64,000 nucleotides of DNA, from assembly GCA_963837465.1 (NCBI GenBank), contig CAWINB010000001.1, positions 501,646-565,645 of the forward strand, given 5' to 3'. The stretch comes from Candidatus Doudnabacteria bacterium. GTDB taxonomy: Bacteria > Patescibacteriota > Doudnabacteria > UBA920. A model generated the notes under the pieces. That model was not told the DNA's origin and did not search any database. It saw only the letters and a program-made list of their open reading frames with translations. The stretch's first letter is position 1; the number at the start of each line of letters is the position of its first letter. Below, piece after piece: positions 25,135 to 35,414 of this stretch. Position numbers and translations under genes: made by a program.

Positions 25135-28122
25135 AGTTTGGCTAGCTCTTTCTGCCGTCCTACCAGTTTTGTCTAAACTTTGCAAATATTGTGTATCTTG
25201 CATTACTTCCTTTAACGGTTTAATTTCAAAGCCGGGCAATTTAAATTTTTCAGCTAAATTTTTAGAAGATCCTTGTTTGGTGACAATCATAGCCAATGGC
25301 ACACGGTCTTGTCTTAAGTCTTGTCCTTCAAAGCCCGGGCCTAAAACAACCAAGGCCTCGAAAGGTTCGCGTTTTTGCGATAACACCGATTCAAGTTCAT
25401 GGAAACGATAGTAGTACCCGTCTAGGTCGCGGATGCTGTCGTCTATAATTACCCCTTGTGAAGCCATTCTGTCTGTTAAGTTGCTTAGAAATTCCGTATA
25501 TTTTTCTCCGCTGGCAAAAACGGTAGATCTTGTTGCTAATTCAACATCCAACTGATTTGGCAACAGGCGTTTGATATCGGATAAATCTCCAATCATAACG
25601 TTGGCCGGGAAAGCTTGGATGAATTGATGATAATCGGCTTCTTGCCAGTTTGGCCTCAAGTAACCGGTAATATTATTTTCTAAAGCATTTTTAGCCTTCT
25701 GAAATGCTGGTGATTGGTCGGCAACTTGTATTTTATAAGGATAAGTCGTGTTGCCATTAGCGTCACGAACGCTGGTTTGGTCAGGAACGGCTTGAGCCAG
25801 ACGGAGATTTTCCTGTATTTGAGGTAGAATGGTTTTTAAGGCATTAATATCAGTAGCCAAAGACTTTCTGTATTCAGGATTATAAGAAAAATTATCTTTT
25901 GAGGTTTCACCTTTAGCAACTACAATACATTTATAAATAAAGTCCGCAAGTCTACTTCTGTCTTCGGCGCTTAATTCTAACCCTGTTGCAGCTTGTAGGG
26001 CTTCAAAGTCAATTAACTTTTCAACTACTGACGCGAGAGGGTAGTAAATTTTATCCGATAGGGCTAACTCATTATATAAATTGGCCAAACCCGCCCGTGC
26101 GCGTTCTTCTTTACTAACTCCGCTTCCAGGCCCTATTTCCAAAAGTTTTTGGTTGGGTTTTTGAGCGGATTTTTCTTTTAGAAAACCTGCGAGGTCAATA
26201 CCAAACCTTCTGTCATAGTCAGCCATGCTTCGGTCTACACGCCAATGAATTTCCGGAATCGGTTCCAGTCTGCCCATTCGGGCCAGTGTAGATAAAGTAA
26301 TGGCTCGTTTTTCAGGATCCTTGAGCAGGCCAGCCAAAACCAACGCTTGCTGACTTTCAAATTGAGATAAGTCAACTTCTTTTCGCTCCAACAGGTAAGC
26401 AATATCTTTAAATTGTGAACGAATGACTTGTTCATCCGGTCGGGTTTGTTGTAACTCAGCAACAAAACGGTTAACGGAATCTACAGATAAAGTTTTACTT
26501 CTTTTTAATTCTCCACCCAACTCTGACAGAAAATCTTTGGCACGGGACATTAATGAACTTTCTATATCTTGTTGGCTGTAATGAACGCCAGGATACTTTT
26601 GCCGCATTTCTGTAAACGCCGTAGCCGCGGTCTGTTTAGCAGCGTCTAAAAATTCATTATAAGTTGTAAAAATTGTATTCGCGGTATTTTTTTGTTTCCC
26701 AAGCTCTAAAATGGCGTGGCCTAAGTTAGTATCGTAATCCAAAGATAGAAAAGTCCTAACGCCCGGCAAACCATATTGTTTGGCAAATTGAGTCAGTTTT
26801 GCTTCGCTGGTTTTTTCCAAAAGTGCCCGTGCCAAAACGAGCTGCTCGGCCCAAGGCAGGTTGTGAATTCCAATGCCCGCTTCCTGAAAAAAGCTAGTGA
26901 CTTTTCCCAAAACAAATTCAGGATCGTCTAAAGGCCTGAGCCGTTTATAATATTCGGCAGGATTTTCTCCCAACCTAGGTTTTAAATAGCTAGTAATAGA
27001 ATATTCTCTTACCCGATCTTTCATTTGCTTCCCCCCTATAATAGTATTCGTGGAAACATTCTTTGCTGTTGGTTCTTGTCCTCGTTCAATCAAGCGCCGT
27101 TTAACAGATTCCTGAATTTGCCCTAATTCTTCAGAACCTAAAAGAGGAAATGTTGCAACTATAGTTTTCTTTCCCTGTTCTTCTTTAACGATTGCGGCTG
27201 TTTGTTTGTCTAAGAGCCTTGCGGTCATGTGTTCAGGATCAATTTCTATACCTGTCCCTACTAATTTTTGTCTCCCAACATAATAATTAGCATATTGTCC
27301 GTCAGCATTGGAGAAAGAAACGTTTGGAGCTTTAGGGTTTAACCTTCTTTCATGTACATTAAACTCCGCTGCGGTCCGACTGCCAGCCAAAACACGAAAA
27401 TCAGATCTTTGCAACAGTCCTCCTTCCAGCAAATGTGGTAAATACTTAGTTGCAAACTTTAGAGGGTTGCCATCAAAACTTAACAATTTTTTATCTTCCA
27501 CGGTCTGTGGCTTTATACCCGCGAATTCATGAATCATAGAGGCGCTAAAAGGTACGCGCTGGCCACTAACCGGATGGGTTACTATTAGCCTGCCATCATT
27601 ACCTCGTTCGGCTTGCCATTTGCGAAGTGTGGTCGCAATGGCCATTTCGGCTAAATTAACTTGCTCTCCAGAATCCAAAACAAATGCTCCCGTCCACGAT
27701 TGATGTTTTTGTCCTAATTCCCAGGGTTCCAATAGGGCGGATTTGTTTCGCTCTGCATAACTATTCTGTCCTGTTGCCAACAAATCTTCCACATTTGCTG
27801 GCGTTGCCATCACAGGTCGCGCTATAGCTTTTTCGGCCGGAGTATTTTCTGTTTCTGATTTTGCTAAGCCGTTTGTGGAAGCTAAGACTCTTACCATATC
27901 AGGTTGCGTCATTTTTTTACTTGCGACATATATTTCATCTCGGGATGACCAATGCTTTAATTTTTCAACATCAAAAACAGGCTGTCCTGCTTCATAAGCC
28001 AGAACGCCGTATTTAGCCAAGCCTGCCAAAACACCTGCTTTGGTTTTTTCCTGTCCCTTAGGTTGTTCGGCAGGATTGGTTTGAATTTCAGACTCTGCTA
28101 CCGAACCATATTCAGCTCTCAT
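25120..28122 (-). CDS. large hypothetical protein (1000 aa) with an internal Rossmann/SAM-MTase-like motif
   Basis: LLEIGPGSG resembles SAM-MTase motif I. The rest is unrecognised. Convergent with the TrmB gene. Confidence 0.45.
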   Translation of the reverse strand: MRAEYGSVAESEIQTNPAEQPKGQEKTKAGVLAGLAKYGVLAYEAGQPVFDVEKLKHWSSRDEIYVASKKMTQPDMVRVLASTNGLAKSETENTPAEKAIARPVMATPANVEDLLATGQNSYAERNKSALLEPWELGQKHQSWTGAFVLDSGEQVNLAEMAIATTLRKWQAERGNDGRLIVTHPVSGQRVPFSASMIHEFAGIKPQTVEDKKLLSFDGNPLKFATKYLPHLLEGGLLQRSDFRVLAGSRTAAEFNVHERRLNPKAPNVSFSNADGQYANYYVGRQKLVGTGIEIDPEHMTARLLDKQTAAIVKEEQGKKTIVATFPLLGSEELGQIQESVKRRLIERGQEPTAKNVSTNTIIGGKQMKDRVREYSITSYLKPRLGENPAEYYKRLRPLDDPEFVLGKVTSFFQEAGIGIHNLPWAEQLVLARALLEKTSEAKLTQFAKQYGLPGVRTFLSLDYDTNLGHAILELGKQKNTANTIFTTYNEFLDAAKQTAATAFTEMRQKYPGVHYSQQDIESSLMSRAKDFLSELGGELKRSKTLSVDSVNRFVAELQQTRPDEQVIRSQFKDIAYLLERKEVDLSQFESQQALVLAGLLKDPEKRAITLSTLARMGRLEPIPEIHWRVDRSMADYDRRFGIDLAGFLKEKSAQKPNQKLLEIGPGSGVSKEERARAGLANLYNELALSDKIYYPLASVVEKLIDFEALQAATGLELSAEDRSRLADFIYKCIVVAKGETSKDNFSYNPEYRKSLATDINALKTILPQIQENLRLAQAVPDQTSVRDANGNTTYPYKIQVADQSPAFQKAKNALENNITGYLRPNWQEADYHQFIQAFPANVMIGDLSDIKRLLPNQLDVELATRSTVFASGEKYTEFLSNLTDRMASQGVIIDDSIRDLDGYYYRFHELESVLSQKREPFEALVVLGPGFEGQDLRQDRVPLAMIVTKQGSSKNLAEKFKLPGFEIKPLKEVMQDTQYLQSLDKTGRTAERASQTLLAA

Positions 28123-28258
28123 AAAGATATTATAACTTATTTTGGCTATAAATTAAATAGAAAACTAGGGCTTTTCCCTAGCTTTCAGGGGTCTAGACAA
28201 GGCACGTGGGTTGCGTCATCAATGTGTTGTAAGCCTTAATCATAGAAAGGAGCAACAT

Positions 28259-29644
28259 ATGCAAGAACTAACGACAAGCCCGGCGGTGGGTTTGGCTAAC
28301 CAAATTGCAGCGCCACCCCCAGGAGTTAAATACTGCCTTTATGCAAGGAAGTCCAGCGAGGACGACGAACGGCAAGCTTTAAGTATAGACAGTCAGATTA
28401 AAGAGATGCTGGCGGCCGCAGAGCGGGATGGATTGAACATAGCGGAAGTCAGGAAAGAAAGTCATTCGGCCAAAGCCTCAGGTTGCAGGCCGGTATACAA
28501 TCAACTAATAAATGAAATCAGAGCAGGATTTTTTAACGGCATCCTAACCTGGGCACCAGACAGGCTAAGTAGAAACGCTGGGGACTTGGGAGCCATAGTA
28601 GACTTGATGGACCAAGGGTTGCTTAAGGAAATCCGGACACACGGCCAAAGATTTTCCAACTCGCCGAATGAAAAGTTTTTATTAATGATTTTGTGTAGCC
28701 AAGCCAAACTTGAGAACGACAACCGCGGCATCAACGTAAAACGCGGACAACGGAGTAAGCTGGAGATGGGTCACCGTCCATGCCTGGCACCTCTTGGGTA
28801 CCTCAACGAAAAACTAACGACCAGAGGTGAAAGTAAAATACTTATAAATGCCGAACGAGCCCCAATCATAACAGAAATGTTTAATAAGGTAGCTTTTAAA
28901 CACTACACAGGGCGGGACTTATTTGAATGGATAAATGAGGAAACAAATTTTATCACAAGGGCAGGCAAGAAAATAGCTTTAAGTGTAATTTATCGGGTGC
29001 TGCAAAATTCATTTTACTATGGCAAGTTTGAATGGCCGGTCGGATCTGGCAAGTGGTATGACGGAAAACATAAACCGTTGATAACCAAAGAGCTGTTCGA
29101 CAAAGTCAGGGAAAATTTAACGATAGCGCCAAAGTCCAGGCCGGGAACAAAAGAGTTTAATTTTACCAAGCTCATGCGCTGCGGATCTTGTGGATCGGGC
29201 ATAACAGCCGAGGAAAAATTTAAAAAGCTGAGTGATGAGACAGTCAATAGGTATGTTTACTATAAATGTACAAAGTTTGCCAACCATGAGTGTGACGAGC
29301 CGTCAATTCGAGAGGAGGAGCTGACGACCCAGCTACTGGACTTAATGGACAAGATCGACCTAGACGAGCTGGGAGCCAGGAAAAAAGTGCAGGAGGAAAT
29401 TGAGAAGTATAAGAGGTTCAGCCAAGGGGTTTTCGGAAAAATGTTGACTCAGGAATACCACGTGCCGCAGGTTGACGTGAAGAATTATGCAAAATTTGTA
29501 CTGCAAAATGGAACGAGGGATGAAAAGCGCGACTTGCTGGCTTGCCTAAAATCCAAGATATTTTTAAAGAAACAGAAAATTTATATCGACAAAAAGCGAG
29601 CTAAGGAAACCGGTAGCGGAGAGATGGGAATCGAACCGAGTTAA
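28259..29644 (+). CDS. large serine recombinase (resolvase/invertase N-domain, recombinase domain, zinc ribbon)
   Basis: Start placed at MQEL after an AAAGGAG RBS. Catalytic YARKSSEDDERQALSIDSQ, a recombinase domain and a CGSCGSG...C ribbon. Confidence 0.85.
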   Translation: MQELTTSPAVGLANQIAAPPPGVKYCLYARKSSEDDERQALSIDSQIKEMLAAAERDGLNIAEVRKESHSAKASGCRPVYNQLINEIRAGFFNGILTWAPDRLSRNAGDLGAIVDLMDQGLLKEIRTHGQRFSNSPNEKFLLMILCSQAKLENDNRGINVKRGQRSKLEMGHRPCLAPLGYLNEKLTTRGESKILINAERAPIITEMFNKVAFKHYTGRDLFEWINEETNFITRAGKKIALSVIYRVLQNSFYYGKFEWPVGSGKWYDGKHKPLITKELFDKVRENLTIAPKSRPGTKEFNFTKLMRCGSCGSGITAEEKFKKLSDETVNRYVYYKCTKFANHECDEPSIREEELTTQLLDLMDKIDLDELGARKKVQEEIEKYKRFSQGVFGKMLTQEYHVPQVDVKNYAKFVLQNGTRDEKRDLLACLKSKIFLKKQKIYIDKKRAKETGSGEMGIEPS

Positions 29645-29675
29645 ACATTGGAAAAATAGCAGAAATAGGCAAAAC

Positions 29676-29712
29676 AAAATCACGGAACATTTGTTCCGTG
29701 ATTTTGTATTTG
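29676..29712. terminator. bidirectional intrinsic terminator
   Basis: AAAATCACGGAAC-attt-GTTCCGTGATTTT, a 13-bp stem flanked by an A-run and a T-run. It lies between the convergent serine recombinase gene and the 29858 gene. Confidence 0.55.
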
Positions 29713-29857
29713 TTCGGATCGAACAAGTTTTTCAGTACAAATGCCACAGGGCATCTGGGTCAGTTTGCACAGAAAAATTTGGCTCGCCTTTGTCGACCGC
29801 ATTAGAACCTACTATCTACAAAAGGAAATAGCAATAAGCGCTTAAAGGTAGCCGCTC

Positions 29858-30448
29858 TTATTTAGTTTTTTTTGTTTTTGCCGTAGTAATTTCTCCGTAC
29901 AGTTTAAGCAAAACTCTGCTTAAACGTTCTAAATCATTTTCCAGCTCCTTTTGATTTTCTTGCGTAACTTTATGTAATTCCCCTATGTCCAAAACAAAAC
30001 TAACCTTACTTTCCGGATAACGAAAGACATCGTTCAAGTCATCGCTTATGTCGCTATGCGATGTTAAAAATGAATCCCAAAATTTTAACTTGTAATATTT
30101 ATTACTTAATTCTAATAATTCCGGCAAGTAAGGGGAACTTTTTATACCTAAAGCGGAGAAGGCATTTTTTATTTCGTCTTGCAGTTGAGCATTATCGTGG
30201 ATTGCAGAAAATTCTTGAGTGATTCGGATATTTAGAGCTTTGAATAGCAATTCTATTGCGTGTTTTAAACACCAAATTATTGGTATTAACAATAATTTAT
30301 CAGTATAAATAGATCCTTCACGAAAGGCGTCTTTGGGTACATGGTGCGCATCATTTAATTCAAGAAGTCCAATACGGGATAGCTCCAAATATGCTTCGCA
30401 ATATTTAATCCAATTTACGAACCAAGCCTTACTTTTAATTTTTGTCAT
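29858..30448 (-). CDS. hypothetical protein (gene 4 of the four-gene operon)
   Basis: 196 aa, low GC, on the same strand as the three genes upstream of it. No recognisable motif. Confidence 0.45.
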   Translation of the reverse strand: MTKIKSKAWFVNWIKYCEAYLELSRIGLLELNDAHHVPKDAFREGSIYTDKLLLIPIIWCLKHAIELLFKALNIRITQEFSAIHDNAQLQDEIKNAFSALGIKSSPYLPELLELSNKYYKLKFWDSFLTSHSDISDDLNDVFRYPESKVSFVLDIGELHKVTQENQKELENDLERLSRVLLKLYGEITTAKTKKTK

Positions 30449-30485
30449 AGTATTAAGTTAATGCCGAAGCTATTATTTAGTGGCT

Positions 30486-31112
30486 TTAATCCGTAAGTAA
30501 TTTTTCTATTGGAAATTCGGTCATTCCGGGATTTGGCCAGAATTCTCCAATAGTTACCGTTTTTTCAAACTTCAAAATAAATTTAATGCTGTCTAGGGGG
30601 TAAGAGGTAGTTATAATGGATCGTCTTATTTCGTCTGTATCTATTTCGCCGCCAAACTCCAAAACAAGAAGCAAGGAAACAGGGGTCTTAGCGTACTTGT
30701 TTGGTATGTTGTTTATAAACCTAATTAAATCTTGAGTACTTTTTTCATTAGGATTTTTTCCAAATCTTTTTAATTGAAAAGCGGGGCCTTTTGATTCATG
30801 ATCGGTAAGAGTGCCCTTAACAATCGCAATGTCTACGGGAGTCGCGCTCTCCAAGTAACTTCTGAAAACTGTTTCAATTTCGGCAGCCGAGAAGGTTGAT
30901 TTTTTCGGGACTAAATTCGTCTTATTTTTTTTGAGTTCAAAACCGATTAAGGTTGGTGATTTCCATAGATCCTCAAAAAATTTACTAAGGACAATAGCAA
31001 TCACCAGTTCGTAGTCTTTCGATCCTGGGCCGTGACCAAATTTCCTTAAAAAATCCCTTATGGTACTCCGTTCAACAAAAACATACTCATCTAAAATCAT
31101 AAAATTAGGCAA
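30486..31112 (-). CDS. hypothetical protein (gene 3 of the four-gene operon)
   Basis: 208-aa ORF, 17 nt downstream of the 1224-aa gene. Confidence 0.45.
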   Translation of the reverse strand: MPNFMILDEYVFVERSTIRDFLRKFGHGPGSKDYELVIAIVLSKFFEDLWKSPTLIGFELKKNKTNLVPKKSTFSAAEIETVFRSYLESATPVDIAIVKGTLTDHESKGPAFQLKRFGKNPNEKSTQDLIRFINNIPNKYAKTPVSLLLVLEFGGEIDTDEIRRSIITTSYPLDSIKFILKFEKTVTIGEFWPNPGMTEFPIEKLLTD

Positions 31113-31129
31113 CTAGCATTAAAATATTT

Positions 31130-34100
31130 TTAATGAGTGAAGTTTTTTAGCCCCCAATATTTACTTGGATTTTTTTCAAACAGCACTTTAAGCATCTTTT
31201 TCGCACGCGAGTCAGTTTTGTTTTGTTTAAGTAATTCTATTACCGGTTCAGTTTCGTGAATATCGAATTCCTTCGGAAAAGAAGCAATCAGGCTAACCGC
31301 TTTTAGAAAATGTTCAAGGCCGAAAATCTTATAAATTTTTTCCAAAATTGCAAAATTATCCATTTCCGGCCACCAGTACATTCCACGATAGGTTTCGTCC
31401 TTAATATTCGTAGGATTTTTCAAAGTTTCTTCATAAAATTTAGATTCGGTGGTTAGGCACTGGATGTATAAATCATACCACTCTTTAGTGCCAAATTTAC
31501 TCCCAATAGCTTCATTTATGGCCATGTACAAAATACCAAATACACGATGTTCATATTTATCGTTTAGCATTTTGAAATACTTTAAGGATATGGCTATTTC
31601 TTTTTCTTTAATAACCCCGTTCGAACCATCGCGCACCGGCTTTTCAGATACTGCGGCAAACTTGAACAAGTTTTTTCTGTCTTTAACTTTGGCAAAAATT
31701 TGTTTTATTAAATCCTCAAAAGGCTTACTGTCCCACGGTTGAAGATCGTCATATAAGCCTGGGCGAGCCCATTTCCAATTTTTATAATCATCCTTTCGGT
31801 ATTCTGCATAATAGATAAACAGAGGGGCGGATTCATCCAGCGTTTCTTCTGGAAAACCAGCAAGTGTTCGTACCAAATACAACGCCCTCGCATGGCTTAG
31901 AGCCCTAATGCTGTCAAAGGGTTGTAAAATACTTCTGACCAAAGATTTTTGGACGTTATCCCTGACATTTTTAGGAGCATTTTTTACTTTGTCAAGCATA
32001 CCAAAGGCTAAACCCTCGACTTCTTTTGATAATTTAAGGGCATCCACCACATCGTCGCTGAAAAATAAAGTATCACGCTTGTCCGGCAAGACGGTCAAAC
32101 GATTTTTTGCCAGCTGTGATAGCGCAAAACAAGCCATGTGCAAGACGTAATAATTATCGTCCTCGCACAAGATTTTTGTAAGATCAATAGTTTGCCGCAA
32201 GTAACTTCTGCCGTCTAATACCGCACATTTCATTAGCTCCCAGCCGCACCAGCCGCGAACTGAAGTTATAGAGTGAGTCTCTTCGCCTTTTTTTACGATT
32301 CTATAGTGCTCATTGTACTTATTTTTTCGATCATCAGGATCTTGCCCGGGTAAATAGGGATCAGGGTCTTTTATAAAAACTTTAATGATCCTGAGAGCCT
32401 CGGCAATTTTCTTTTTTGTTGCGAGCCGGCCGGCAAATTGTACTAGGGCACTACGTGCGCCAGCGTTAGTAATTTTAATCTTTAGTTTGTTAACGTCATT
32501 GTCAAATTTGTTTAAAAATGGGTCTACAAAATCATTATAAATTTTCATTAACAAATCTGAATCGTCTGAATCGTCATTGCCCTGACTGTTAAAAATACTG
32601 TAGCACAAAACTACTTGCTGACTAAGACTTAGTTTAGGTTTCGAGCCTAGTTCATTGATTATTGCTAAAGCCCTTGGATAGCCTTCGGGTTTGGAAAAAA
32701 TTTTATTTAAAAGCTGTGCTGCGGTAAAGCCGCCTAATTTATCACTTTTATCCGCCCCAAAATAACTATTAAATAAAAAACATTTAAATAATTCGGTTGC
32801 AAAATCAAAATCGCTGTCTAAAAGCTGAGTGATAGAATCGATAGAATCATGTAAACTTAAAAAAAAGCGCTTAGTGTAATAATCGGAGCTACAAAACCAT
32901 TTTTTCATCTCTTGTTTTGCAGGTTCGTAACCCTTAGTGGATTTAGCTAATTGGGTCACTATCTGTTCCACAAAAGCGTTTACTGGTACGTTAAATTTTT
33001 TGATTGTTAACTCAACTAATCTCCACTTTTTTTCGATTGAAAGAGAGGCTTGATTGATTACAGCTTGGTAAATCAAATCACGTTTATGAGGTATACCTCT
33101 TTTGGACAAAATGAACTCTTTCAAAATTTCAAATGCTTCTTCTGAAACCTCACTGTTAGTGCTTGCATATCTATCTAAGACAATTGGATAGACGGCCCGA
33201 TTTAAAAAATCTGGTCGCTGCTTGCTAACTTTTCTTTCAGGGTTGATACACCTTTGCTTTATAAGTTGCCAATTTTTATTTGGATTTGAGTCGTAAAATT
33301 TTCTCAAGGCTGGACTCAAAATGTAGATAAAATGGCGGTCATAAGCATGGTAGCCGCCACTATATGAAATACCCCCGCCCATATGCTCCCACCCCTTAAA
33401 GGCAACTCTGCGATCAAATTTTCTGTAAAATTTATCGTACTGATCTACTATAATTTTTACTAACTTTTCAAAGCGGGTAAAAAAGTCTTTTTTAATAAAC
33501 CCCTCTTGGAGCCAGTCTCCCAAAATAGAATAAATTTCCGAAGGTGCATAAAAGGTAAATTCTCCGTCATCCTCGGTAATATTAAAAGACGTGATAATTA
33601 AATCAAATATTTTTTGCTTTAATTTATCGCCAGCAAGACTGTAAATCTCATGCAGTACCTTACAAACCTCGCCTTTTTCCCACTCCTTGCGATCGTGACC
33701 GTTATCTTTTAAATAGAAAAATGCTTTCTCATTAAAAGTTATAAGATTTTTAAGAACTAAAAATGCGTCCTCTAGATAGCGCTTACCTTGTTTACTCGCA
33801 ATAATTTTTTTTACAATTTTTGTTACATCAACTTCAAGAAAATCTGCTTGATAAAACCTTCTAAGGATTTTAGTTTTAGTATCCAAAAAATTCAAAACAA
33901 ATTTTATATTTTTTTCACTATTGAGATTTTGCTCAAAGATCCGGCTCAAGCTAAAAGAAAATCTATAAACCTTGTATAATTGCCAAATTTCACCCCAATC
34001 CTGAAGATTTCTAATCTTTTTTTGTGATAAGCGATCCAAAATAAATGAAGCTAAGGATGGCTTCGCTGAGATTGCCGCTAACTGGCCGCTGGCCCAAACC

Positions 34101-34804
34101 GGCGAAAGATTATTTTCAAGAGCATCAATTACATTTTTAAACTGGATTTCTGTTTTAACTCTAGCATCGTCAAAATACCCACTATATTCTTTTGCTTTCT
34201 GCCTAATATCAGCCACGTTTTTTAGCACCTCTTCACGGGTAAATTTTGCCCCTTTACTTGAGCCTTCATAAATCTTGCGAATAAGTATGCTGTCGCACTT
34301 AGCCTCAAGCTCATCTTCTGGCAACCAAAAATCTAACAGTTCGCTAAATAATGAATATACAGTCAATTGGTTTGCGGTTTGGTCAACCACCCAAAAACGA
34401 ACTTTTTCAAGGACGATTATCTCCTCTTCAGTAAATTTTTTCTTTTTAAATTTTGGCGCTATAAATTTACTCCAGTATTTTATATTTTCAACATCTTTAG
34501 ATAATTTTTCATCCAGCTTTGTGCAAATAATAAGTATTTCGTCCTTGTCATCTATAGTTTTTTTTAGGAGGATGTTGGAAAGGATCTCTTTTAAATTTGA
34601 ATAGCTTAAAGGTTTTGATCTGGCCTTGGATTCACAAATAATTTTTTTACCATCTTTAAAAACAAGATTAAAATCTTGAAAGCCGGGAGTCTCTAGTTCA
34701 ATATACAAAAAATTACCATTCCTTAAATACTGTAAAAATAAGGACATGGCTGCCCATGATTGAGCGTTGATCCCTTTATAGTTGCTTTGACCTGGTATTT
34801 TCAT
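31130..34804 (-). CDS. very large hypothetical protein (1224 aa), possible N-terminal PD-(D/E)xK nuclease-like region followed by an extended helical body
   Basis: YIELETPGFQDFNLVFKDGKKIICESK gives a D...ExK arrangement. The remainder appears all-helical and repetitive. A 4-nt start overlap joins it to the upstream gene. Confidence 0.5.
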   Translation of the reverse strand: MKIPGQSNYKGINAQSWAAMSLFLQYLRNGNFLYIELETPGFQDFNLVFKDGKKIICESKARSKPLSYSNLKEILSNILLKKTIDDKDEILIICTKLDEKLSKDVENIKYWSKFIAPKFKKKKFTEEEIIVLEKVRFWVVDQTANQLTVYSLFSELLDFWLPEDELEAKCDSILIRKIYEGSSKGAKFTREEVLKNVADIRQKAKEYSGYFDDARVKTEIQFKNVIDALENNLSPVWASGQLAAISAKPSLASFILDRLSQKKIRNLQDWGEIWQLYKVYRFSFSLSRIFEQNLNSEKNIKFVLNFLDTKTKILRRFYQADFLEVDVTKIVKKIIASKQGKRYLEDAFLVLKNLITFNEKAFFYLKDNGHDRKEWEKGEVCKVLHEIYSLAGDKLKQKIFDLIITSFNITEDDGEFTFYAPSEIYSILGDWLQEGFIKKDFFTRFEKLVKIIVDQYDKFYRKFDRRVAFKGWEHMGGGISYSGGYHAYDRHFIYILSPALRKFYDSNPNKNWQLIKQRCINPERKVSKQRPDFLNRAVYPIVLDRYASTNSEVSEEAFEILKEFILSKRGIPHKRDLIYQAVINQASLSIEKKWRLVELTIKKFNVPVNAFVEQIVTQLAKSTKGYEPAKQEMKKWFCSSDYYTKRFFLSLHDSIDSITQLLDSDFDFATELFKCFLFNSYFGADKSDKLGGFTAAQLLNKIFSKPEGYPRALAIINELGSKPKLSLSQQVVLCYSIFNSQGNDDSDDSDLLMKIYNDFVDPFLNKFDNDVNKLKIKITNAGARSALVQFAGRLATKKKIAEALRIIKVFIKDPDPYLPGQDPDDRKNKYNEHYRIVKKGEETHSITSVRGWCGWELMKCAVLDGRSYLRQTIDLTKILCEDDNYYVLHMACFALSQLAKNRLTVLPDKRDTLFFSDDVVDALKLSKEVEGLAFGMLDKVKNAPKNVRDNVQKSLVRSILQPFDSIRALSHARALYLVRTLAGFPEETLDESAPLFIYYAEYRKDDYKNWKWARPGLYDDLQPWDSKPFEDLIKQIFAKVKDRKNLFKFAAVSEKPVRDGSNGVIKEKEIAISLKYFKMLNDKYEHRVFGILYMAINEAIGSKFGTKEWYDLYIQCLTTESKFYEETLKNPTNIKDETYRGMYWWPEMDNFAILEKIYKIFGLEHFLKAVSLIASFPKEFDIHETEPVIELLKQNKTDSRAKKMLKVLFEKNPSKYWGLKNFTH

Positions 34805-35406
34805 ACTGATAAAACTTGACCTTCACGAATTTTACTTTTAACTGAAGCGACTGCGGGGCGCTCTTTTTCCAAATAGCCCATAATTTTTTCACAGTAATTG
34901 GCGAAGTTGCTGCTACCGAAATTGTAATTTACATTCAATAAACGATTGTACTTTATTAGCAGATCCTCGATTAGACTTATAAAACGGTCGATATCGTATA
35001 TCCTAAAATTTGGCAACTGTTTTTTTCTTAGTAATTCAGAAATATAATCACGGGCATCTTGGTTAATTTTTCCCGAACAAGCAAAATAGAATTCTTCAAT
35101 GTGTATTTGAGATTTATTATCCAATGGACTAGTAAATTCTCTCACCGCTGCTTCCTCAATTGCCTTGGTCATTTTACGTACGTCGTTTTTTCCACTTTTT
35201 TTTACATCACCAATTTTTATAAACAGGCAGCAATGCTTGTGCTCGCCAAACAAATCTCTATAAGCAAAGTATACATCTTTGCCTTTCTCAAATGGCCCTT
35301 GGAAATCTTCTGCGGCGAAAGCACCAAGGGCTTTTAGCAAAGGAATAAAGACTTTAATCCTTACTCCATTTTCTGACAACCGTTTCAATTGTGCTCTTAT
35401 AGTCAC
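34801..35406 (-). CDS. hypothetical protein (gene 1 of the four-gene operon)
   Basis: 201 aa, translationally coupled to the 1224-aa gene by an ATGA overlap. Confidence 0.45.
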   Translation of the reverse strand: MTIRAQLKRLSENGVRIKVFIPLLKALGAFAAEDFQGPFEKGKDVYFAYRDLFGEHKHCCLFIKIGDVKKSGKNDVRKMTKAIEEAAVREFTSPLDNKSQIHIEEFYFACSGKINQDARDYISELLRKKQLPNFRIYDIDRFISLIEDLLIKYNRLLNVNYNFGSSNFANYCEKIMGYLEKERPAVASVKSKIREGQVLSV

Positions 35407-35414
35407 GTTTTAAA

